DNA of 64,000 bases from Octopus vulgaris (lineage: Eukaryota): the NCBI GenBank assembly GCA_951406725.2, contig OX597830.1, positions 38,750,001-38,814,000 of the forward strand, given 5' to 3'. The notes under the pieces are model-generated. The model searched no databases, had not been told where the DNA came from, and saw nothing but the letters and a program-made list of their open reading frames with translations. Numbering within the stretch: position 1 is the first letter of the stretch; every line of letters starts with the position of its first letter. Positions 54,219 through 64,000 of the stretch are shown piece by piece. The translations under genes and the position numbers were made by a program.

Positions 54219-57200
54219 TATATTTAATCACTCGGTACTTCTCTGGAATATTGGGTACAATGAGCATGTGACTCGATGGTTTCTCAATGTAACAACTTCA
54301 GGAAAATATTTCAGTCCTTAACCCATCCTTTTTTCCTTTTGTTTTTTTTTTAGAACCCAATCTTCGTATGTGTATATCTAACAGGTGAGTGAAGTATTCA
54401 GTCTGTTTTCCGCATTTCCCCCATTCATTCAAAGTTAACTCGTTGTAAATGTGATCACACATTTTCGGAAACCTACTGTATTACCTAATGAGTAAGAACA
54501 CTTGACAAGTGTCTCTGTGAATGATTCATCGGTTTCTTTACTCTGTTTTCTACTGAGATTTTCATGACTAACCTGTTCCATATTTACACATTCCATAACA
54601 GTGGGTACACAATGACATACACACGCGCTTACATACATTATACTCACACAGATACGCATCTACACACACACATATAACAATATACAAAATACACATATAA
54701 ACACACACATATGAAAATATAGTTTTCATGTGAACACGCATAGATCCACTTGCAATAGCCTAAACCCAGCCAGCTGACAAATGTATTCTCATAAAAGTAC
54801 CCAGCAAACATATGCTATATCACCGAAATGGACAAAAGGCTCGAGTGTAATCGACCCGACAAATATCCACTAACCTGGCATTAAAATCTAATTAACTATA
54901 AATGCAGTCAACATTTCTAATAAGATCTCGTTTGTTCAACTAGTGATAGTACTTAAATTTCAACTGATTTCTCCCCTTCGTGCTGTTTATCTCCAAATAG
55001 CCAATTCGTGATACTCTTTCTAGTTGTTTGGTTACCCACATTTATATAACGAATTATTAATGGATGTGGTCTCTCAAACTCACAGTCTTACGAGTTTGAA
55101 ACTAACAACCACCAACTGAAGAGACGAAAATACTAAAACTATAAATGAATACACAAAACGAAAATAAATGATAGAAAATAAAAACAAATAATAGTACTCT
55201 AGAAGAAAACTTAGCGTACTGCACAATACATTTTGACAGCAACACAAATCAGTGTACATAGGTCTAAAACTTATGGCAGACTCATGAATGGCCAACATCT
55301 TTCAATATACAGTGATTGAAAGCCCGACAACATTCTGTTGGAGGGATTGGCGCCAGCCTAGTAAAATCAATTAAAAGTAGTTATGCCTTGCCAAGAAAGC
55401 ATCACATTTTTTCTCCCAAGAAAATAAGAATTGGAAACATCACTGGCAGATATCTTTAAGTACAATATCCTATATTCAGTGAGAGCGAAATGTGGCCGTA
55501 ACTGTGAGATGCCCTAGTCTTTCTTGGATGGCAGAATCTCCCTGCTGTATGTTTAACATGTTTAACCTCTTTTTCGGTGCAGTTTTCCGTTTTTACCAAA
55601 CTTTGTTCATTCAATGCTTACACGGTGGAATATTTCTTATTTACTGTTTATCCGTTTCGTATAACTTTTGTATGAACCAGCCTTATGGCCAATAACGAAA
55701 TAATAATTATTATTACCATTACTAGTAATACTGTTGCTACTAGTATACATGTTGTTGCTATTTATTTTATTGTTTTTCTTTGTGGTGTTGACGACGATGA
55801 CGATGATGATGGTGATGTATCATTAACACCAGCTTGTTTCTTAAATTATTTTGTCTTGTCAATATTCCCGCTGGCGATACTGAATATATTCCGATTATTT
55901 TGTTTTGTTTGTTTTACTGTTTTTCTTACTTTATTGCCAATAAACTATCAGTTGCCATATATCCTAGCAAACGCTGAAACTTCTAAAGAAACTTTTTTCT
56001 CATCTTATTCCAAGTGTTGACTTATTGTTGTCATATTTTTACCAAATGTCATGTTGAGTGTAATTTTACATTATATTAAATATATCTATTGTTCTGAAAT
56101 ATTCGCTGCCTGATAAACGAAACACAAGAAACAAGGCAACAACAAAAGGAATATTTAGTAGTGAATAGAAAAAATATCATAAAACTTACTTCATATATTA
56201 AGTTTGTAAATGCAACTATAAATGTATATACATACATCATGCATGCATATACACATGCATACATTTTATATATGAGTGTGAGTTTCCACGCGTGTGTATG
56301 AATGAGTATTATATTACATTTAAAGGGACGTAGTAATGTTGCCGGAGAAGTAATATTAGCCATTATAAACAGAAATATTAACCTGAAACATTTAATTCTC
56401 AGTAATGTCTTGGTGAAGATGTCATTAATACCGTTTAGTATTTATTGAAAAAAAGCACAAGGGAATAACTAGTTTTCTTACTGTGAATGCTCTGCATGTA
56501 TTTTAAGCTACAACTATTGTACAAATATCTCAGTCTACAGACATCTGCTACCTTATGTCTGGAAAAATCATGCCATTTAGTTTCATCAAATATATATAGA
56601 AACATACATCATATCTCTTCATGAATTTCAGTCATTCGGTACTATTTTATATTAGTTTTAACGACCATCTGAATAATCGGATGTTGTATGAGAAGGATGC
56701 TCGCACAGTATTGGAGATCTTAGCTATTGTCAATAACAATTACAAAGCACGCCGCACCGAAACTGGTCTCTCCCGTATTGGTATTCAAAATAGAATAACT
56801 GAGTAGAGTAATATAGCGATCAATCTCTACTGGATACATGCTACCAGAGGCCTAATGGAGCAATACAGGTCAACCCTACCTCTCACTGCTGAAGGAGATT
56901 TAACGTAGAGAAATTCGACCCTTTTTATGTGACTTACTATGTGACATGTGAATGGATCACGATGTCAAAACAGTTCCAAAGTATAATGGGAATAAATTAA
57001 TATCAAACATCTGTTTTATACACTGCCACATAAGAATCAAACCCAGAAATTAAACGAATTATGGCGATAATTATGGCAAGAAGAGACAGCACTTCTACAA
57101 GTGTACGAGCATTAACATCTGCAATGGCTATCAAAATTGAAGTGTTGCAGATAAAGACGTTTGAATTACACTCCACAACGCCGACATTCTATCACACTGG

Positions 57201-57939
57201 CCAAAGTTTCATTCTGCAAGGCAAAGATACGTTTGCAACTTTATTTTGTTGGCCACATGGAATGAAATACATGCAGTGTCAGGTATATTTACAATTGCAC
57301 AACCTTTCCACAACTGCCTTAATTTTCATAACTTGACAAATGATTAAACAGAATATGAAGTTGACAATCAGAACCTCAAACATTCGGATAAATGGGAAAT
57401 AATCATAAGAAAACGTTTATCGATTGTTAGCAAACGACAAGAGTTAAACTAACTTCACTATCATATAGAAGATTCCAAACAACCACCATGAAACATTTCT
57501 AATCCAACATTCTCTTCACGTTGTCATAACGTTAGATATTTGTCTAGGTTAGCTATTTATCTCTCCACCCTGAAGACGGAGGCGGATCTACCTAATGTTT
57601 CTATACTTGTACTAGTTTCATATTCATACGAACTACATCTGCCAATATTTTGAAGTAATTGCGAGACCCCAGAAATAGCTGTCCAACAAGAAAGACCACA
57701 CCATTTTCCTCTTAATTTTCTATATCTTTGTATTGTGCATGTTTGTTCTATTAATATATAATTACTTATGTATTCATACAGGAACCTTCATTGTCTGAAT
57801 ATTTTCAGTTTTTCTTTTCCCTTTATTATATACACGTATGCATATTTCGTATATCTAGCGCAAGCGGTTATAATTTTTCGTTGCATAATTCACGCTCTCG
57901 CTTTCTCTCTACCCCTCTCTCTGTCTCTTTCTCTGTATG

Positions 57940-58021
<82 letters not shown>

Positions 58022-59535
58022 TCTGTGTGCGGCTGAGTTTCTGGTGTGTATGTGTGTTTGTGTGCGCCTGTGTGTGTGCAATACAACCAGGCATACGCAA
58101 ACCTGTTTCCGAATTGTAGCGAAATATTATACGTATCCATAAATCTAGATATTCTGTTGCAACTACAGCCTTTACTGGGCGATGTAAATGTTTACGTGCC
58201 ACGTTATTCAACATTCCTTGTAATAATGCGGGTGAACTGAGAACTGCAATCCATTCTTTCATGGCAGAAACATTAAACATTATATTTGACTTGTTGTTCA
58301 TTCTTTGTTGTAATTACATCACTTGTAGCCATATCTTTTCCAACCACAGTCAATAATGTATTACTATTTATTTCGTACACTAAATCTTCAGACAAATAAT
58401 ATTAACAGCGTTAAATACACGATTGACGCACCACTATTTACCTTGTGAGTGGCCTGAAGTCAATTAGAAGAAAATTCCAGGACTATAATCTCAGAATCTT
58501 CAAACATCTTTTAGCTACTCTATTTTCGTACCGGATTGCGCATGGAAAATCTAAGACCACGCCACTTTGCTGTTGGATTAATTAAATTCAAAGGGAAATA
58601 ACATAATTTCAAAGTCTAATTTATGTTGTTTTCATTGCTGTTGCGATTGTTAATGATTCAGCTGCTATTGTTTGGGATACATACTCAGCTTTAGATCCGA
58701 AATATATAGTGGATTAGAATGACCTTGCATTGGGTCGAAAATTACTTAAGATCGTAATAATTGTGAACTGTATTATGTAAAGTAAGCGCCATTTATTGGT
58801 TCTCCATTTATTTTAGGGTCTGTTTCGCTTTTTTCCCTTTCTTTGAAAGGGTAAAGTGGTATTTGATGGTGAATGGGCTTATTTATATCAAGTGAAGCCA
58901 CTACGTAGGGGTCTCATACTTAGAGACCTCATACTGACTTGCTGATGCATTTGCAAACTTCATTCAAACATATTCGATTATAAACTTACTTTTCTGAAAC
59001 TATAATTCCAATTTGTTCAGCTAACTGCAGCGATTTATTCGGAGGAAGTTATATAATTTCAAGAGTAGTATGTGAATATATTTGGGACTCGCTGTATGTT
59101 ACAGGATTTAAGAAGCAAAAAAGCACCGAATATATATTTGCAGATGTATTTTCTGATATTTTATCAAATGCAGAACAATACTGAGATTATTTAAGAATCA
59201 TAATCACAAAAAGTGCCTAAATTATTTTTAGAATGCATTACGTATTCCGGATATTTCAAATAACATTTTGTAAGAGGAAATTTTTTCCGTTCATATACAT
59301 GAAACGATAATGGATTTTGTTACGATGCCCTAGTGGCAACATATAGTTTATATCAACTTCAAATAATATGAAATACACACAAGTGGAGAGAGAAGGGGAG
59401 AGAGAGAGAGAGAGAGAGAGAGAGATATACACATATGCACACATAGAAATAGAGGCAAACAGAAATTGCGAATACACCAGCCCATCATACAACAAAACAC
59501 GCGATCGACTGTGCACATATAGTTACAAACACACA

Positions 59536-59603
<68 letters not shown>

Positions 59604-59696
59604 TACACATATATATATGCCTATATATTTATATATTTATAAATATATGTATATACATAAATATACACATATATATATATATATACATATATAGAC

Positions 59697-59729
<33 letters not shown>

Positions 59730-59737
59730 CACAAAAA

Positions 59738-59777
<40 letters not shown>

Positions 59778-60530
59778 TATTCAGAAAGATAGAAGTGTGT
59801 GTGTATTTGTAGGTGTATGTGAGTGTGCGTACTTGTGTATGTGTAAACCGTTAATTGAGACTACAGATCAGACAAAAGAGGAAAAACATTATATGCCGCA
59901 CCTGCATCATGTTTCCAAGGAAAATCTGATTTTCTGTTAATATACCGGTTATCTCATTGAGAGTTTTATCCCCCATGGTATTATCTAGATTATAACAGTT
60001 TACGTCACGGGAATCAATGATTGCATATTTAGAAATGTTCTTTAAAAAAATTCATATTGGATGAATTTTAATTAACCCGAGATTTAAATTCGATAATCTT
60101 TTCATACTTCTTATCTCAACATTCATTGTTTCTGAAATATATGTTCTTATATATATGACTAGGAATATACTTGCATATATATATATATATATATCAATTT
60201 CTAGGTAATTCTTAAATGAAAGTTTATCTACAAGCCCCAAGAACGGGTGTAACATGTAAATTGGTATATTCAATAAGGTAACACCACTGTATGCGGTGGC
60301 TGTGTATGGAATGTGTTTTCATTGCTGATACTAATTACCCACATTCTGCCTTCGATCACACTGTCTCTTTACATCTGACATCTCGATACCTAACGCTGTA
60401 GCAAAAATCAGTGCTTGATATAGAATATCTGTAGAAATAACCTCAAGAAAATAATACACATACACACATATATATATATATATGTCTGTACGTATTGATA
60501 TGTATGTATGTATGTATGCATGTATGTATG

Positions 60531-60564
<34 letters not shown>

Positions 60565-60568
60565 TATG

Positions 60569-60660
<92 letters not shown>

Positions 60661-60834
60661 ATTCAGCTTAGATTGAAAGTCAAGAAACAAAGTTTACTTT
60701 AGAAGCGTTGTGGTGTATTGAAAGACACAGATAAGGAATAAATTTGTTCTCAAACGTAGGATAATGCTAATAATATAGCATGAACAAGATGGATAGTTTA
60801 TCTTCTTCATGCTATATTATTAGCATTATTTCCA

Positions 60835-60901
<67 letters not shown>

Positions 60902-60914
60902 CGAGAGAGAGAGA

Positions 60915-61295
60915 GAATTAAGAGATAGTAGTTCCATAAAGTAATTCAATTAATACTGAAAGATATATAAATTTAAATATAGTCAAAAATCCCGGGTCGT
61001 CGTTTTAAAGAGTATTTTTTTAAATGTATATTATTTAGTATAGAAATTTTTACTACAATATTAATAATATAGTCGCATTTAATGCGTATTTTTTAATATG
61101 AATTTTCAGTTTAATGTTAATAATAATATATTTAAATTTATATAATATCTTGCATTATTAGTTGAATTACTTCATGTAGGTTCTATCTCTGAATTCGATA
61201 TATATTTACGGTATCCTGAAATTTGATTTATTATTACTAAACTGAGTTTGTTTTCCCCTGTTGACTTGGAATTTTATATTCCCTACTATTAATAA
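60915..61295 (+). mobile_element. Old fold-back remnant between (TA)n tracts
   Basis: GAATTAAGAGATAG..GTAATTCAA..TATAAATTTAAATATA (60915-60980) is a degenerate inverted repeat of about 61127-61196, followed by a ~100-nt tail. Confidence 0.55.
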
Positions 61296-61345
61296 TTATA
61301 TATATATACAATACATATATATATGTACGTATATATATATGTATA

Positions 61346-61396
<51 letters not shown>

Positions 61397-61437
61397 GCAT
61401 ATATATATATACCTATATATATACCCATATTTATACC

Positions 61438-61469
<32 letters not shown>

Positions 61470-61611
61470 CAATAAAGATTCAAGTTAATTTAAATGAATT
61501 TACTTGAATATGGTACCTAACTTAGATGCACCAAAAAAAACTATACTGATTTAACAATACAGTAATGTGGGGTGATTATAAGCGAGAATGAAGCAACAAG
61601 AATGGATAGGT

Positions 61612-61702
61612 TTTTAGTACAATCGTTTCATACAAGGACAGGTTTTATTAAAAGTTGCAAAAATTACAGCATATAAACGTGTCCCGTACTCATCAGCTAA
61701 AA
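61612..61702 (-). ncRNA. Minimal type I hammerhead in the PLE pLTR
   Basis: UUUUAG-CUGAUGA-GUACGGGAC...GUCCUUGUAU-GAAA-C-GAUU-G-UA-CUAAAA; predicted cut between 61618 and 61617. Confidence 0.85.
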
Positions 61703-63167
61703 TACATGTGAGTTCTCTAGACATCCTAGTGGTTGAGGCTATACTCATGAAGTAATGTAGATAATTAAGTAACATAAACAGATTTCAAAAGTTCATTAAA
61801 GTTCTTTAAAGATGATGTACAGTCTTATCACAGAATTTTAAAAAAGTCTTAATAGCATCACAGAGGAGGTGACCTAATCCATAGTGCACATATGAATTTC
61901 CAGAGATATGATGAGGGATTACATACTCACAGAAGACAGATTTATCCATTGTTAATTACAACGAGGTGGGTTTCAATTCCTGCTTATTAGCATTACAGAG
62001 AGGGTGAATTAATCCTTTGTATAGATGCACAATTTCCAATGGTGTAGATGTAAATTTCCAAGGAATTTCATATTCACAGGCGATAAATTTATCAATGGTT
62101 GAACACAATGAGGTAGGTATCAATTCTTGTTATATGATTAGGTATTTGCCACATTAATCACATTACTGCTATTTACAAGAGGCTGTAGCTATTTAACTTT
62201 TAAAGGCTGAAGGGCTTTCTAGAGCTGTATAGAATAGAAAAGGGAAGGGAATAGAAGAAAAGAGAGAAAATAAAGGAGGAGGGAGCAAAAGGGGGGGGGG
62301 ACTAAAAGAGAAGAGAAAAGGAAAAAGAGAATAAGAAGAAGAAAAAGAAAAAAGAGAAAAGAGAAAGAAATAGGGAAGGAAGGGAAAAAAGAAAAAAGAA
62401 GAAAGAAGAAAGAAAAAGAAAAAAAAGAGGGTTCTAGTTATACAGAAGAATTAGTAGACGGCAAGTCTGGTTTTAATTTACAGGCATCTAGGAATTAGAG
62501 GAGAATATTATTCTTTGACCAGTAAAACAGCTAATTTATTGCTGTTGAAATCAGCTATGAATTTAAAGAGAATCTAAAGAGATAACACAGTTAGGGGTTT
62601 AGGGGTCAGATGCTAAAATCACCAGAAAATACATTAGGAAAAACTAGGTATAATCTTATCAAAAAGTCATTAAAATTTACTTATTCAATTTATTCATTTT
62701 ATTGTCTTAAGGAGTTGCCGTTATTATTCATACATTGACGGACTACAGGTCAAATCTTAGAAGATCATTTAAAAGGTGTTAGGGGATTGTCTATCATAAT
62801 GAAGATAATCATATTATCACCGAGGGAATAGCCTTATTTATTTAATTTTGAAATAGAATTATGGGTCTATAGTAACTCATTTTAATTAATTAGAGTTATG
62901 CTAATTAAATTAGATTAAGTTAGGAATTAAAATTAAAAATTTCAATTAAGATTTAAAATTAAGAATTTAAAAATTGTGAGTTTGAAATTAAATAAAGCCT
63001 CAATTAAGCAGCGAATAAGTGCTATTCATTTCCCTGTTCTCAAGAAACTGATGCAGATATAAGGAAAAAGATAACTGTAGTTTGAGAACTCTTAGTTATC
63101 TACTTAAAGCAGTGCTATACCAGTAGAAATCAAGTTATATCTATCTATCTAGTTACGAATATTCTAA

Positions 63168-63998
63168 TCATTTAAAATATTTTAAAGTCTTCAATTTAGC
63201 GTGGACACAAACTTGACCTAGTTCGATATGGTTATTCAATAGGTTTCTATGTTTTCTATGCTTTAGAATTTCATATGTCTCCATGGAGCATAGTTGACAA
63301 CCAACCCTACTATTTTTATACGGAATTGCTCTCCTAACTATTTCCCAATTAAGGTTATAATTTTTATTATTATTTTTGAGTTCCCAGATTTTGTTTGAAA
63401 GTGTGGTGGTACCAGCTTTATGACGTAATTTAAAAGTCGAGATGTGATTTCTAACTCTGGCTAAAAAATTAATTGTACATCCAATGTAACAATATTTGTT
63501 ATTCTCCGTGGATATGGTACATTTATAGATTACATTATTTTCCCCACATAGACCAGGTGCCGGGCATTTTGATTTTATTCTACACTTACACACAGGAGGA
63601 ACACCTTCAGGCTTTGGATTATTCTTGGGTAGATGTTTTAGGTTCCTATTATTTTGATTATCATTTCTATAGTTGGTGCTGATATCTAAAGTATTGCTAT
63701 TATTTCTTGATCCTTCTGTTTCATCATTTAGATCTAAAGTCCTACCATGATTTCTTATATTATTGGTAATGTTAATATTATTGCTAGTCTTTTTATCCGA
63801 CTGCATATTGTTGTTATAGATATCACTAATATTTTCATTCTCCTTATTTTCTCTATTATCCCTATTTCTATTATTTCTATTATTAACATTATTACTTCTA
63901 TTAATATCGGCATTGCTATTATTACTATTAATGTTAATGTTATTAGTCATTCTGTGGTTACTAATTTCACCTATGTTTTGATAGTTACTATTGCTGTT
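63168..63998 (-). CDS. PLE ORF C-terminus: Asn-rich linker, Cys-rich knuckle and GIY-YIG endonuclease (5'-partial)
   Basis: CKCRIKSKCPAPGLC knuckle, VIY...YIG, R..NH, LSNKIWELK, W, CQLC..E, LLN and C.H as in Neptune-type PLEs; the frame stays open to the window edge upstream of the annotated Met. Confidence 0.9.
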   Translation of the reverse strand, partial: NSNSNYQNIGEISNHRMTNNININSNNSNADINRSNNVNNRNNRNRDNRENKENENISDIYNNNMQSDKKTSNNINITNNIRNHGRTLDLNDETEGSRNNSNTLDISTNYRNDNQNNRNLKHLPKNNPKPEGVPPVCKCRIKSKCPAPGLCGENNVIYKCTISTENNKYCYIGCTINFLARVRNHISTFKLRHKAGTTTLSNKIWELKNNNKNYNLNWEIVRRAIPYKNSRVGCQLCSMETYEILKHRKHRNLLNNHIELGQVCVHAKLKTLKYFK

Positions 63999-64000
63999 TT

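Larger units (their letters stand above)
61478..64000 (-). mobile_element. Penelope-like retroelement (Neptune-type), 3' part; continues beyond the window
   Basis: C-terminal GIY-YIG ORF, ~1.7-kb 3' region, sense-strand hammerhead near the end, terminus next to (TA)n. Confidence 0.85.

Noticed and set aside
57061-57336. 91-aa ORF with possible AG/GT borders
   Set aside because: No recognisable domain and a weak polypyrimidine tract.

Overview
AT-rich, microsatellite-saturated animal genomic DNA (intronic or intergenic). The repeat inventory resembles that of an octopod cephalopod; this is inference from recognised repeat types, not a database result. No host protein-coding gene is recognisable, and almost all ORFs in the track are translations of simple repeats. 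The window holds decayed mobile elements: a full-length IR-DR Tc1 (DD34E), a full-length Chapaev3-type CMC transposon, hAT and mariner MITEs, L1/Tx1, R4/Dong, RTE and CR1 LINE fragments, three tRNA-derived SINE families, a probable solo LTR, and the 3' part of a Neptune-type Penelope-like element (PLE) with a GIY-YIG endonuclease. The main signal, invisible in the ORF track, is a set of about ten short fold-back insertions, mostly in (TA)n tracts. Several carry minimal type I hammerhead ribozyme motifs, one is homologous to the PLE 3' end, one has a compensatory U3:A8 core, and one joins a tRNA-like Pol III head to a hammerhead tail (candidate PLE-mobilised SINE/retrozyme). All alignments and folds were done by eye; boundaries of decayed elements are approximate.
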